This document shows positions 29,115 through 41,790 of a stretch of 64,000 nt of DNA, one piece after another. Origin of the DNA: Hamiltosporidium tvaerminnensis FI-OER-3-3 (Eukaryota; Fungi; Microsporidia). Where the stretch lies: contig CM061247.1 of the NCBI GenBank assembly GCA_022605425.2, positions 1 through 64,000 on the forward strand. The letters are read 5' to 3'. Positions within the stretch are counted from its first letter, which is position 1. Every line of letters starts with the position of its first letter. The notes beneath the pieces are model-generated. The model worked only from the letters and a program-made list of their open reading frames with translations, was not told where the DNA came from and ran no database searches. Position numbers and translations under genes: made by a program.

Positions 29115-32100
29115 ATGATATTTGCAGTTACCCTCAAAAATATGTTTTTGTATATTTTTGTATACATTGTTATTGTAAATTGTATTAAAGTACTTTTTAG
29201 AGCCAAAAATCATAATGAATCCGATGCTTTTGTATTTAGATTCTTGAACAGCTTATATGGAATTTTCGATGAGAATAACTCGTTCGTAGATATTTCTTCG
29301 GATTATACCTTAGATACCAATGGTTTGATATTGGATTCGCTGAATCCAAAAGTGAATCATTATGTTTTGCTTGAATACATGTATTTCGATATGACAAAAA
29401 TTGAAAGCAATTTAATGACTTTTTTGTTCTATTATAAAGATAATTTTAAAGATTACATATATTTGGGTGATATTATTTCCATGGATAATTTTATATTTTT
29501 ATTGTATCTGTTAAATTTAAGCTTTGTGTATTCTTTCGAGTATGATTCAAACACATTCTTTGAAATTTTAAATGCAATAGAATATTTGGATTTATTTGGT
29601 AATTCAGGAAAAATTATTATAAATAATCTAATAAAATATTTTTTGTTGGCTGACAAATCTATGGAAATACTTTTTACTGAAAATTATATATCGCCGCAAT
29701 TTATACCGAATATTTCTAATATTTATAATGAAATATTACTTGAAGGAATCAATTTATTTAATGGTAAATGTATTTTTAGGAATAGTAGCCTATTTATATT
29801 GCATGAAAAAGAAAATATAGATGATAAAAGTCTCTTACAGACCGAAGGTGTTCATATTTTTCCATGTATGCTTAAACTAAATGTCCTAAATAAATTTCGA
29901 ATGTATTTTTTTAGTTTAATTGGATTCTACATGAAAATGTCAGATTATGCTGTTTTGAATTTATCAGAAATCGATTTTTTAACTGAAAATGATACAAAAA
30001 TAATTTCTTGTTTTTCCAATGTTACAGAAATCACGCTGAGTAGCTGTTTCATCAAAAATTCATTTATAAAAATTATTCCACATTCTATATTATGTCAATC
30101 GCTTGATATTTTGAAGTTTTCAAATATCTTGTTTGATTCAAAAACTTTCTCAGAAATATTGAATTTTAGATTGAAAAAAATCAGTCTAGATACGTGCGAA
30201 ATTACGGATGGAAATTTTTTTACAGATTTAAATCTTAAGGAATCTTCAAAAAGCCTTAATTCATTGATTTTAACTGGAATATTACTTGAACAACATGATG
30301 TGGAACAAATATCTGGTTTGGAAAATCTTTCCGAACTATCTATTAAAAATTCTTCAATATGTTCGACATTATTTGAATACTTATGTAAAAACGAGACTAG
30401 TAAACTAAAAACTTTAAGATTTATTTCAAATTGCTATTCATTTACTGATATAAAATTCGTGTTCAATCTAACAAAATTAGAAAAAATGGATTTTTCTTGG
30501 AATAAATTTTTTTATTCCCCTTTTAAATCTAACTTATCAAGCGAATTCAAAAACCTAGAAATATTAAAAATATTAAGATTGTGCGAGGTATATGAATTTA
30601 ACAGGAAAAACATTTGCGGGATTATTAGTTTAAAGAATTTAAAAGAGCTTATTATATCAAAAAATAATTTTATTGACAAATATTTTCTAAATTTTCAAGG
30701 AATACTTAAATTAGAAGTTTTCAAATGCCAAAATGTTCGACTTCTTTCGATGGATTTAGATTTCTTTTCGAGTCATTTAGATTTACATTTTTTAAATTTT
30801 AAAGATAATGATATAAATTCAAGTAACTTACACTATATTTTCAAATTTAAAAATCTTTATAAGTTAAATCTCTCGATGAATAAGTGTATATCAGAGGATA
30901 ACTTAGCTGATTTTGATTTAAGAGGAATCCAAGAATTGAAACTCAATCATTGTTTGATTAATGGATCTCTTTCGGTTTGGAAAATAAATATTGATGTTCT
31001 AGAGAATTTATCGTTCCTATCACTTACTGGAAACACACTCAATATTTCGGATATTTTATATATCTTCAATTTGAAAAATTTAATAAGTTTAAACATAAGT
31101 CAATGCAATATAAAAAAGGGATATATTCCATCTACAAAAAATTCTCAAATTCAAAATTTGGATCTGACTGGAAATATACTTAATGAAAACGATCTTCTAG
31201 CACTTTTTAAAATTAAAAAATTGAAGACTCTAAATATATCTCGATGTAGTTTAACTAAAAACACATTAAAACTCTTAAATGAAATTTCAAAGGATTCAAA
31301 TATCGAAAAGCTTGAAATTTTACAAAATATATTAAGTAAACGAGATATAAATGTTATTTCAAACTTGAAAAAACTAAATAAATTAAACGTAAGTTCCTGT
31401 TTCCTGAAAAGAAGTTCTTTAAGTAATCTAAAAAATCTTTCCAAGTACAAAAATTTAGAAATATTAGATATTTCAAATAATAATATTTCTACTGAAGATA
31501 TTTCTTCAATATTAAGGATATTATCTTTGAAAGAACTATTTATGAATAGATGTTCCGGACACATTTTAAAAATAAATACGCCTAGTTTATATAATTTAAG
31601 TAGGATTAAGAAACTTGATCTCCAAGAAAACGATTTGAGTTTTGCAGATTTAGATTTTATTGTTAAGTTGGAATATTTGGAGGTATTAAACTTACAAAAC
31701 TGTAAGATTGGGCTTAATGAACTGGTAATCTTTTCAAATGCAAAATCACACTTATCACTATTAGAATTAAATCTTGGATATAATATATTAAGCGCCAGTG
31801 ATATTTTGGCTATTAATTGTTTCTCTACGATGAGATTTTTAGATTTGCGCAACACAAAATTAGAAGAAGGGAAATTTTCATTCCTTCGTTGCGAACAGTT
31901 AAAAAAATGTCTTTCTGTCTTAATTTTAGCACAAAATAATCTCGATTATGAAGATGTTTATAATTTATCAACCTTTGAAAATTTAAGAAAACTTGACTTA
32001 TCTTATTCCATCAGAAAACCAGACCTTATATATTTATTTAAGAATTCATGCATCTCAAAATCTTTAGAGTTTTTAGATTTATCTTTTTGTAAGTTGAATG

Positions 32101-32648
32101 CAAACGATATACTTGGAATACTCAAATGTAGAAACCTATTATTTTTAATTTTGAAATGCTGTAATTTAAAATATGGTTGTTTTTCTTGTTATGATGAACT
32201 TTTTTTAGACTTAAAAATTCAATTATTGTCATTAAAAAGAAATAATATTTCTTCAAAAGATCTAAAAAATATTTTTAAGATACCTACGATCAGATTCTTA
32301 TGTATTTCACATTGCAATCTTCCAAAAAATGCACTCGATATTGCAGAATTTAGTTCAATAAATCTAAATATTCTTCACTTAAATGGAAATAGTATTTCGA
32401 AAAAAGGTTTTGATTTTATTTGTAATTCTTTAAAGCTTAAAGAACTTTCAGTTTCAATGTGTCGATTTAGGTTTAGATTTCTTAAAAGTTTATTGGAAAA
32501 ACCTATTATGGAAACATTGGAGATTTTTAAGGCAAAATGTAATTTATGCCATTCGGAAGATCTTATAAATTTTTATAGTAGCGCAAATGAAATCGAATAC
32601 TATTTTATGAAATGCCGCGATGAGTCAGGACAGATAGTTGAGTTTTAG
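29115..32648 (+). CDS. Large leucine-rich-repeat protein with N-terminal hydrophobic signal (lineage-expanded LRR family); real start possibly ATG 29142
   Basis: 1177-aa ORF with many LxxLxLSxN/C repeats alternating Asn and Cys types; MFLYIFVYIVIVNC signal-like segment preceded by CCC at 29131. Confidence 0.93.
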   Translation: MIFAVTLKNMFLYIFVYIVIVNCIKVLFRAKNHNESDAFVFRFLNSLYGIFDENNSFVDISSDYTLDTNGLILDSLNPKVNHYVLLEYMYFDMTKIESNLMTFLFYYKDNFKDYIYLGDIISMDNFIFLLYLLNLSFVYSFEYDSNTFFEILNAIEYLDLFGNSGKIIINNLIKYFLLADKSMEILFTENYISPQFIPNISNIYNEILLEGINLFNGKCIFRNSSLFILHEKENIDDKSLLQTEGVHIFPCMLKLNVLNKFRMYFFSLIGFYMKMSDYAVLNLSEIDFLTENDTKIISCFSNVTEITLSSCFIKNSFIKIIPHSILCQSLDILKFSNILFDSKTFSEILNFRLKKISLDTCEITDGNFFTDLNLKESSKSLNSLILTGILLEQHDVEQISGLENLSELSIKNSSICSTLFEYLCKNETSKLKTLRFISNCYSFTDIKFVFNLTKLEKMDFSWNKFFYSPFKSNLSSEFKNLEILKILRLCEVYEFNRKNICGIISLKNLKELIISKNNFIDKYFLNFQGILKLEVFKCQNVRLLSMDLDFFSSHLDLHFLNFKDNDINSSNLHYIFKFKNLYKLNLSMNKCISEDNLADFDLRGIQELKLNHCLINGSLSVWKINIDVLENLSFLSLTGNTLNISDILYIFNLKNLISLNISQCNIKKGYIPSTKNSQIQNLDLTGNILNENDLLALFKIKKLKTLNISRCSLTKNTLKLLNEISKDSNIEKLEILQNILSKRDINVISNLKKLNKLNVSSCFLKRSSLSNLKNLSKYKNLEILDISNNNISTEDISSILRILSLKELFMNRCSGHILKINTPSLYNLSRIKKLDLQENDLSFADLDFIVKLEYLEVLNLQNCKIGLNELVIFSNAKSHLSLLELNLGYNILSASDILAINCFSTMRFLDLRNTKLEEGKFSFLRCEQLKKCLSVLILAQNNLDYEDVYNLSTFENLRKLDLSYSIRKPDLIYLFKNSCISKSLEFLDLSFCKLNANDILGILKCRNLLFLILKCCNLKYGCFSCYDELFLDLKIQLLSLKRNNISSKDLKNIFKIPTIRFLCISHCNLPKNALDIAEFSSINLNILHLNGNSISKKGFDFICNSLKLKELSVSMCRFRFRFLKSLLEKPIMETLEIFKAKCNLCHSEDLINFYSSANEIEYYFMKCRDESGQIVEF

Positions 32649-35004
32649 AAACAATAAATCTAATAATATTTTGTTAAAATCGATTTTTCACTATAACTTT
32701 GTTTATTTGATTTTTAATTTGATGATAAAAATATTTTTGAATTAAAAAAAATATGAGTTAATATATTATTAAATGTAAAGGCAATTTGATTCGCATTTAA
32801 ATATACAAACGCCTTTTATTTTTTTAAATTGTAAATCGCTGAATATATCCACTTAGTAAATTTATAAATGTAAAAAAAAGGTTAAATATAATGGATTCCA
32901 AACATGGACATATTATGTTCAAAAAAATATTTTTTCTGCGATTTGAAAAGTCTGATGTCATAAAAATAAAATTATATTTTAACATAGAATAAAGTGCGAA
33001 TTAAATAAATATTATGATTAAACCGAAAAAATATTTTTTTATGCTCTAAAATATTGTAATTGGTTGTTTAAAAATTTTTAAAAAAGTTTACCAAGTTTTT
33101 GACCAATGTTTATCTAACAAAGAATCTATTATAAATTACAAAAAAATATATTGAAAGCTAAATTGAAAATTTATCCTCGGAACGCAGAAAAAAAAATCCG
33201 TTAGAGAAGCCATAAAAATCAGTGTTTTCAGTTTAAAAAATAGCTATAAATAAGAACCTATATCTCACGAAATGAGTGAATATTATAATCATTTACAAAG
33301 TTCAAAGTATCAAAATATTCTGATATTGTGAATTTTCTTACGAATTAGTGATTCGAATATTAAAAATAAAATTACAAAATGGAAATTATAGAAAATTATT
33401 TAAAACTCTAATATTTTAAAATCTGATTCATCAAAGAATCACACGAAATATAATAAAGATTATTATGATACCAAATAATATTAAGCATTTGTAAACAGGT
33501 AGAAAAAACAATATAAATCAGTCTTTTAAAAAGTTTATTTTATAGTTTACAAATTAGATAAGTTTACTTGGATTTTATTTCCTCATGAAACTACCTTATA
33601 TAATAATCGTCAGTTATATCGTATAAGAACTTTATTAGATTGAATAAGAAATAATAATTGCTACCAGGATATATCTTATTTTTTTACTATACATTCACAT
33701 CAAATGAAAAGGTTTGGATTTAAATATCTGCTTCTGAATATGATTTAGTTGAGTAATTTTGGCTGAATATAATCATATCTATTGAAGTCACAAAAAGTTA
33801 ATATAAACTATGCTATCTAATCAAGTTCTTGATTTCAATGTGAAACTATTTTCTAAAATCTATTTGGTTTCTTTCTGTAATATATTTCTTACAAAATTTT
33901 TCGTTAAATTAACCATAAAACATGTTTACGCTGTGCTTGAAACTTAATAAATTTATTTTTTAGCAATACAATGTTCGGAAGCTTTTTAAAAAAAAAATTA
34001 TAAAATTTGTAGTCTTATTAAATACATTTTTTTGCTTAAAAAAACAAAAAATAAATTCTAAAGAACTCTTAATAAATAAAATAGGAAATTTAGAATATTA
34101 GAAGAGAAGTGCACTAAAAAAATTATCAGAGAAGGTTTTATATAATTCCATCGGTCTTTGTCCAACAAATCCAAAACAATTATCTTAATAGAGCATGTTA
34201 CGAAGCAGATATCTTTTTTGATCAGATAAAATCGCTTTGTATTCTTGGATTGTTGCGTTTTTGAAAAAATAATCTTTATTAACCGTAATACCGTTTTTTA
34301 ACTTAAATACGGCAAACGAACTGCATTATCATAGAACATATGTTCATTTGATAAATATTTGTCAAGAATAAAGTTTATAATTTAGTAAAAATATATACAG
34401 ATATTTTAAAGCGATTATTATACTTTAGGTGTAATTTTAAGCCTAAATCGACAACACTTTAAAATAAAAATATTTATTATCTCTTTACATATGAAAATCA
34501 ACCAATTGGTTTTAGGTAAAGCTGAGCCTCTATCATGAATAAAAATATAATCTTTTAGGCAAGTATATTGAAGAAAAATGAATGTGTTTCAAATTATTAT
34601 AGTTCTGACATGTGTTTGAGTATTTTAATCGTGAATATATCCTTTAAGATTCTTGGCTATTTTTTGAAAACAGTTTTAAGCTCAACTTGATTTTCTTGGT
34701 AAATAAATGATTTAAAAATAAAAGAAATATTGATGAAAATGTATGGAAAGATATTCTTTTTACCATTAAATTTATAAATTATTTTATAAATTTTATCAAG
34801 AAAATTAAATTCATATTTCAACGTTAAGCATTTAAAAAAAAAATACATTTTAAAATTTACAATTTTTTAGAAAAATACTTAGAAATCCATATTGAACTCA
34901 TTTATTTAAAAATCATATTTTTTTGAAATATTCGTTTAAGTTATTTGTTAAAATTATATTTAGTAAATATTGATAATATCAAAGAAATTAAATATAAAAA
35001 AGAT

Positions 35005-35229
35005 TTAATGTTTATTATCTGAACAACTTGCTTTCTTTTGTTCTTCTCTAAGTCTTTTTTCTTCAAAATACTTCCTTTTCTTATCTTTTATTTGTTTAAC
35101 TCTGTCTCGCATTTTCTGTGCCTCTTGTTTCTCTTCCGTCCTTATTTGTTTTCTTTTTTCCCAATTTATTGGATTTGATGGCTTTTTTATTTTTCTATCT
35201 TTCCATGGTTTCTTTAAAATATTTGCCAT
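35005..35229 (-). CDS. Small basic coiled-coil protein, Cgr1/CCDC86-like rRNA-processing factor
   Basis: 74 aa, KPWK...WEKRKQ pattern followed by a K/E/R coiled coil, as in the Cgr1 family. Confidence 0.55.
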   Translation of the reverse strand: MANILKKPWKDRKIKKPSNPINWEKRKQIRTEEKQEAQKMRDRVKQIKDKKRKYFEEKRLREEQKKASCSDNKH

Positions 35230-35568
35230 TTTTTAGTTTGATGGTCTATAATTTTAAAATATTAAAACTTAAAAGAAAATATTTTACTTGAATAAAAGTA
35301 AGAATTCTGTACGAAATTTAAGAAATAAGAAAAAAAAGAAAATATTAAATCTTCTTCTTTAAAAAATAATTTATAATTTTTTAAATTTCTTACTAAAATA
35401 TTTTTTATGAATCTTTATTATCTTTAATTCTTTACAAAAAAAAATAGTAGAATCTCAAAATTATTAAACAAAACTCATAAAATTATTTTTAGAGACATGA
35501 AACTAGTTTAATATGTATAATTTATATTTTTTTATGTATATTTTATAGATAAAACATTTTGTTTTGCT

Positions 35569-36015
35569 TTATCTGTCAATCTCTTCGATACCTCCTCTAT
35601 CATTAAATTTTTTTTGTTCTCCATACTCTGACTCATCATATTGCTCCAATGATTGTCCTAGGTCACTTCTAGGAATTATATAAATAAGAAAATCAAACAT
35701 ATCGGATGTTTTGACAGCTGCGGACAAATCGTTTTTTTGTAATATTCTTCTTTTATTTTCTTCGGTATTCAACCATGCTCTAAGTGTTAGTTCTTCTATA
35801 AATACTTCTGCAACCTTTGAAAAGAGAATTGGTACTTCCGATGCCACCATTTTTACTTCTTCTTCTACTTTCATAAGTCGTTTTATTCTAGCTAGTGGCA
35901 ACTGAAAATCCTTATAATTTGGTGGCTCATGCTCTGCTTTATCTATCGAGGTATGCCAAAATCTCTCTATAATAGTTTTTGAACTCTGTTTAGATGGAAG
36001 ATGATTTGGATTCAT
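35569..36015 (-). CDS. HAP5: CCAAT-binding factor subunit C (NF-YC/Hap5), histone fold
   Basis: QLPLARIKRLMK...MVASEVPILFSKVAEVFIEELTLRAW...NKRRILQKND...DMFDFLIYIIPR signature. Confidence 0.95.
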   Translation of the reverse strand: MNPNHLPSKQSSKTIIERFWHTSIDKAEHEPPNYKDFQLPLARIKRLMKVEEEVKMVASEVPILFSKVAEVFIEELTLRAWLNTEENKRRILQKNDLSAAVKTSDMFDFLIYIIPRSDLGQSLEQYDESEYGEQKKFNDRGGIEEIDR

Positions 36016-36076
36016 AATTTCAGATTGAAGCGCTAGGATATAATTAATTATAAAACATTGTTTTAAAATTGATAAG

Positions 36077-36332
36077 AAATAAAAATCTTATTTTAGTATC
36101 AGTGTTTTATAAAAAATTAGAATTCTTAAAATAAAAATCTTTTTTTAGTATCAGTGTTTTATAAAAAATTAGAATTCTTAAAATAAAAATCTTTTTTTAG
36201 TATCAGTGTTTTATAAAAATTTAGAATTCTTAAAATAAAAATCCTATTTTAGTATCAGTGTTTTATAAAAATTTAGAATTCTTAAAATAAAAATCTTATT
36301 TTAATATCAGTGTTTTATAAAAATTTAGAATT
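36077..36332. repeat. 52-bp tandem minisatellite, ~5 copies, directly upstream of NF-YC
   Basis: ataaaaatc starts at 36079, 36131, 36183, 36235, 36287; unit aaataaaaatcttattttagtatcagtgttttataaaaaattagaattctta. Confidence 0.95.
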
Positions 36333-36699
36333 TTTTTTAAACTCAAAAAAAAGAGTAAAAATATATTTTTTTCAAAATTTTTGTAACACAAAATTTACTT
36401 TTTTAAATAAACAAAGATTTAATGATTATTAAGGAGAAAAGAAATTATAAATTTGTTGTAAAAATTTTAAACTGAAGGTTAGAAATTTGTTTTCTTTTTA
36501 TTAATTAATTTACTAAAAATTAATATTCAAATCTTTAGGATATTAGAATTATAAGATAAAGATTAATCATTGTTTTTTGTACATTTTATTGATTTAAATA
36601 ACTTTTTTTGTACTTTTACTGTCTGTTTCTTGCATTCTTCAATATACGATTTATATAAAATATTTTTTTGTAGAAATTAAATATTATTTTTTTTAGTTG

Positions 36700-38450
36700 G
36701 AGACTTTTTTTATGAATTGTTTTCTGTAAGAAAAAGTATTTCGAATAACATTATAGGCTGTTAATATCTATAATATACATTTAATAGATTTTTTATAAAT
36801 TTTTAAGTATTTATAGCAATATTTATGTTTTAAATTTTATACATGACTTTACAATAAATTAGTTTGAGATATTTTTAATTAAACCTAATTTCAAAAGAAA
36901 TATTCTAGACAATAGTATACACAAATTGTATATATTTTTGAATAAAGAACAGAAATAATATAAATATTTACTTCTTATTAATGAATGAAGTTTTTTAGTT
37001 GTATATAGATTTTTAAAAATTAATACAATTTAGTTAGGTTTAAATCTTTCTTAATTTAAATCTTTAAATAAAATTTTTTGTCTTTTGTAAATGCATAAAA
37101 GAACAACCCTGAAATAATTAAAGATTGAAATCAAGAATACAGTTTTAAAAATACTTCTATCAACGTATATGTGTGTTACGAAGAAGTTTTTAAGTGTGGA
37201 GTTATGAAGCGAACATATGTTTTTGTAAATCTTGGATTATCTGGAAATAAACAAGGAAATTTTGATTAAAAAATTTAAAATATAACTTTCTCTAGAATTT
37301 CTTTGGCTGAATAAAAAGAGAGTATGGACTGGATTTATTTTTTTAATATTCTCAATTTGTAATTATACTGTTGAATGACATTAAAAATTAAAGAAAAACT
37401 TATATAAAACTTAGGAAACAGTTACATTTAAATGGTCTTTTCAAATAATTGGCAAGATAAACATTACATACTACTTTAGTAATAAATTTGCTATACAAAG
37501 GATAAATTTGAATTGGATGTGTAAACATGATTTTAAAAAAATAAATTCTCTAAAAACCATTAAAATTTTCTATTGGGTTTTAAAACATGTCTGAAGATAC
37601 TCATAACAAATTCATGATCTTGATATTACGCTTTTTTTTGCTTTTATCAAATATAAATTTAAGTCTTCAAAACGAATTAGGAGTCACTCTGTTCAAAAAT
37701 CTATTAATTATGAAGGGAAATCAATGGCTCAGTTTTCCGTAAAACCAATACAACGAGTAGTGCTGAAAGCTTTTTATTAATAAAGCCGGATTTTATTTTA
37801 AATATTTTATTTTTCTAATAATTATAAGAAAGTCAAAACCTAAATAAAATTGAATTTCTTAGTAATCTATGCAATTTTAGACATCATCTATAAATTTTTC
37901 AAAAATGCATGATATTTAAGAACAAATGTCATCATAAAAAACCTGGATTTAGACGATTTGAGAAATATTTTGGTACAAAATGGTTAGGTTATTCAAAAAA
38001 AAGTCTTCAGTAGCTTCTGTGCAATCTATATAAAAAAAAGTAATGATTCTGATAAATCTAAGATAATTCAAGGGAGATCTAGGGCTTTTAATGAGTAGTA
38101 ATGTCAATGCTGTGGCAAGTAAAAAATTACATAGATCAATTCTATTACAAATACACTGCTTTATAAAATCTAAGATAAATTTATAATACATAAAATCACA
38201 GAAGATGGAATTAATAACCTAAGGAATCTTACATATAATTTGTTCCAAAAGTAATTTTCAAATTTTATTTAGAATATAATAGTTTAAAGAATTAATAATA
38301 GTTTTAATGTAAAAAAGCGTTGATAGAAAATACGAAAAATTTCAAATTTATTTCTTGTAAATTTCAATTACAACCTATGGCTGTATTTCATTTCTTACTA
38401 TTCATTCTATAGGGTAAAATGACTCTTATTGGGGGTTGTATTTTGTTCGA
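36700..38450 (-). pseudogene. Possible decayed LRR-family/secreted gene
   Basis: ORF 37949-38191 loosely resembles the N-terminal domain of the 29115 protein; flanks interrupted. Confidence 0.3.
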
Positions 38451-38842
38451 AACAGATGACAACTCATAACATGATATTATACTTTTTCAAAGCACTTAAA
38501 ATATTCAAAAGGCATAACATACTTAATAAAATATTCTAAAAATATATTTAATAAAATTCAAAGCAAATATGAATCTTTTAAATACAAAAACACAAAATTC
38601 GGAATTAGAGATCTAAGAATATTAATAGCATGATCTGCTATCTCCTTTTTTAAATTAATAATCAGTTTACTTAAAATGACTTATTAATACATTTAAAAGA
38701 GATATGTAAATCTTTTTACACACATATTTGTATAATAAAATTAGTCTTATAAAATTTTTATAATTTTATTTTTCCATTTTTATTTTTATATTTTTTTAAA
38801 AATGATTAATTTAAATTTATAAGTAACCGTTATACAATAATT

Positions 38843-39559
38843 ATGAAAATTTACAGACTCCTTTTTTTACATTTAATATTTCATTTCAAAGAAATGAATC
38901 TAAGAATGGTCTTAAACATTAGTACCTCATTATGTTGTAGGAATATAGAAATAGATTCTCTTGATTTTAATAATTATTTGGTATTTGAACAATCGTATTT
39001 AGAAATAAATCAAGAATTTTTCAAAACATTAGAGGAAACACAAGATAAAATATATATTCTACTACAGATTGTATCACCCACATTTTCTAAAATACTTTCA
39101 GACACCAATTTAATCATTTCAAAATCCCTTGAATTAATCATCAAATCTGAAATTGTTACATATCTTTCTAAATACAATTATTCTGAAATATACACAGATT
39201 CAGTTCTAATATTAGAAAGTATAAAAAGTATAAGCAGAAGTAAAATATCAGAAATACAACTTTTAAACAAATTATTTAATGGTAACGAAAAGAGACAAAA
39301 ACCAATTACAAACATATTTAGACTCATTTTTAGACAACCCAAATACACAATAAATTACCAAAGAGTAGAATTACTTCGTTCTTCTTCTAATTTACTTTTA
39401 TCCATCTGCAATCATCTTGCTATTTCCGAATTTTTATTTTCAAAAAACGATTTTTCCAAACTTTTAGAAAATTTCTTTTTAATTTTACAAAAGTATTATT
39501 TAGTTAAAGAATCTTTAAAAGAATTAAATTCTTTACCAATTATTTGTAGAAGTTATTAA
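38843..39559 (+). CDS. Hypothetical protein (238 aa), hydrophobic N-terminus
   Basis: Long ATG-initiated ORF in very AT-rich DNA; AATAAA right after the stop. Confidence 0.7.
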   Translation: MKIYRLLFLHLIFHFKEMNLRMVLNISTSLCCRNIEIDSLDFNNYLVFEQSYLEINQEFFKTLEETQDKIYILLQIVSPTFSKILSDTNLIISKSLELIIKSEIVTYLSKYNYSEIYTDSVLILESIKSISRSKISEIQLLNKLFNGNEKRQKPITNIFRLIFRQPKYTINYQRVELLRSSSNLLLSICNHLAISEFLFSKNDFSKLLENFFLILQKYYLVKESLKELNSLPIICRSY

Positions 39560-39791
39560 AAATAAATCATTTAGAAATTTTATTTTTTTTTATTTTAATT
39601 TGATACATTATTAACAAATATATTGCTTAGTTTGGTTTTTGATGTAGATGTTTAATTGGATATTTTAATAACAAATAAATAAATTATTCTATTATTTCAT
39701 TCTACTGTATTATCCTAGTAATTGACTTTGATTTTAAATTATACAGTAGTGTCGTATATTAATTTATTTGTTTTTAAATTATACAGTAGAT

Positions 39792-40006
39792 TGTCTTATA
39801 TTCTACACTAGGGTTTCTTATATTCTACTATAATGTCATATAGTCTGCACTAGGGTGTCTTATATTCTACTATAGTCTACACTAGGGCTTCTTATATTCT
39901 ACTATAATGTCTTATAGTCTACACTAGGGTGTCTTATATTCTACTATAGTGTCTTATAGTCTGCACTAGGGTGTCTTATATTCTACTATAATGTACTATA
40001 TTCTAC
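39792..40006. repeat. Composite 42-bp (22+20) minisatellite with a CACTAGGGTGTC core, upstream of syntaxin
   Basis: cactaggg at 39806, 39848, 39880, 39922, 39964 (spacing 42, 32, 42, 42). Confidence 0.9.
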
Positions 40007-40236
40007 TTACTCCACCTAACTCTATCCCATATTATCCTAATTACCTACTACTCTATCATTTCTTAGTTATCTTTTTCTTCTTATCTAAATTTTCTAATTC
40101 GTTATTATAAATATCTATAAATAACACCTTTCATTTTTATAGATTTCTAATCATTAAAATAATTCTTTTCTACAGATTATTGGTTATTTTAAATACAAAA
40201 AAACTAAAAATAAATTCCCCTTTTTGAAAAACCAAA

Positions 40237-41064
40237 ATGCAAAACTTTTTATCACAAACTCGTAGAATATCTGAAGAAATAAATACATTGACAGAATACA
40301 AAGAGAAATTTATATACATTTCAAATACAAAGAGTAAGTCGGTTCTTAAAGAAAGTGAAGAACGTAATCTTGAATCACAAATAAAAGTTTTAAATAATAT
40401 GTTTTCTCAACTGAGTAGTAAAATAAAATTAGAATTAAAAAAAATGTCTGAAGAAAATGAAAAAATACAAAATGAGGAAAAAGAAAGTAATTTTTTATAC
40501 GAGACACGCAATAATCACTGGCAAGTACTTACTAAGAAATTGGTACAAGCTATTAATTCTTATAGAGAATCTCAAGTAAATTATAATAATATAGAAAAAG
40601 ACAGACTTAAATCACAATATATTATTGCCAAGCCCACAGCTACAGAAGAAGAATTAGAAGAACTTACATCAGAAAAAGGACAAGAACATTTAAAAAATGC
40701 ATTTTCTTTAGGTTCTTCTTCTGCCAAACAGATGTATTCAAGAGCTAAAGAAAGAAGTAATAATATTCAAAAATTAGCAGAATCTGTAGAAGAATTGTGT
40801 CAAATGATATCAGATTTAGATGAAATGGTTAAATCTTCAGATGTATTTATAGATAGAATAGGGGTTAGTATGAGTTCTACTAAACATTCAGTTAAAAAGA
40901 CAAATAAAGATCTTGAAAGTGCATTGAGATATCAGAGAAGTGCTATGAGAATCAAAAGGTATATTTTTGCTGGAATCGGAGTTGTAGTTTTAATTATTTT
41001 AATTTGGTTAGGAATTAAATTTTTAGGAAATCAAAATAGTGGAAATGGTGGAAATAATAATTGA
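40237..41064 (+). CDS. Syntaxin-family Qa-SNARE (Sso1/syntaxin-1-like)
   Basis: Habc-like helices, RLKSQYIIAKPTATEEELEE, SNARE heptad (ERSNNIQKLAESVEELCQMISDL), C-terminal TM anchor. Confidence 0.9.
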   Translation: MQNFLSQTRRISEEINTLTEYKEKFIYISNTKSKSVLKESEERNLESQIKVLNNMFSQLSSKIKLELKKMSEENEKIQNEEKESNFLYETRNNHWQVLTKKLVQAINSYRESQVNYNNIEKDRLKSQYIIAKPTATEEELEELTSEKGQEHLKNAFSLGSSSAKQMYSRAKERSNNIQKLAESVEELCQMISDLDEMVKSSDVFIDRIGVSMSSTKHSVKKTNKDLESALRYQRSAMRIKRYIFAGIGVVVLIILIWLGIKFLGNQNSGNGGNNN

Positions 41065-41299
41065 GTATTGAATTCAGTTCAATAGAAAAATGAAAATTTA
41101 ATATTTTTAAATTTTGTATAAATAGTCATCTAAAATAAAAAGAAGAATTGTGTACTGAAGATTGGAATAGAAAAATTTAAATTTATTATTTTTAAAATTT
41201 TTTAATAACAGGAGAATTGAAAAATGTAAATTTAAGGATTTGATTTGTTCTTAAATTGTATGGATAATAGTACCTTTATATAGAGTAAGGGATACATAT

Positions 41300-41750
41300 T
41301 ATTAACACCCTTTTAATGTATAGTAATATGTACCGATTATTAACACCCTTTTAATGTATAGTAATATATACCTATTGTTAATACCCTTTTAATGTATAGT
41401 AATATATACCGATTATTAACACCCTTTTAATGAATAGTAATATATCCGTATTGTTAACGCCCTTTTAATGTATAGTAATATATACCTATTGTTAACACCC
41501 TTTTAATGAATAGTAATATATCCGTATTGTTAACACCCCATTAATGTGTAGTAATATATCCGTATTGTTAACACCTTTTTAATATACCCTATCCAATCCC
41601 TATTACTAACACCCCCACTTTACTCCATTCTATCCTATATCATTATAATTATCACCCCTTTACTCTATTCTATCATATCATTATAATTATCACCCCTTTA
41701 CTCCATTCTATTATATCTCTATAATTAACACTCCCCTTTTAATATACCCT
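41300..41750. repeat. 38-bp-period array of TAACACCC cores with changing intervening sequence
   Basis: Cores at 41303, 41341, 41379, 41417, 41455, 41493, 41531, 41569, 41607, 41650, 41688, 41726. Confidence 0.95.
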
Positions 41751-41790
41751 TTTATATTACTAAAGTGTATTTTTTTTAGTTTCCCTTTAG

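Noticed and set aside
31151-31855. 234-aa minus-strand ORF
   Set aside because: Antisense shadow of the LRR gene.
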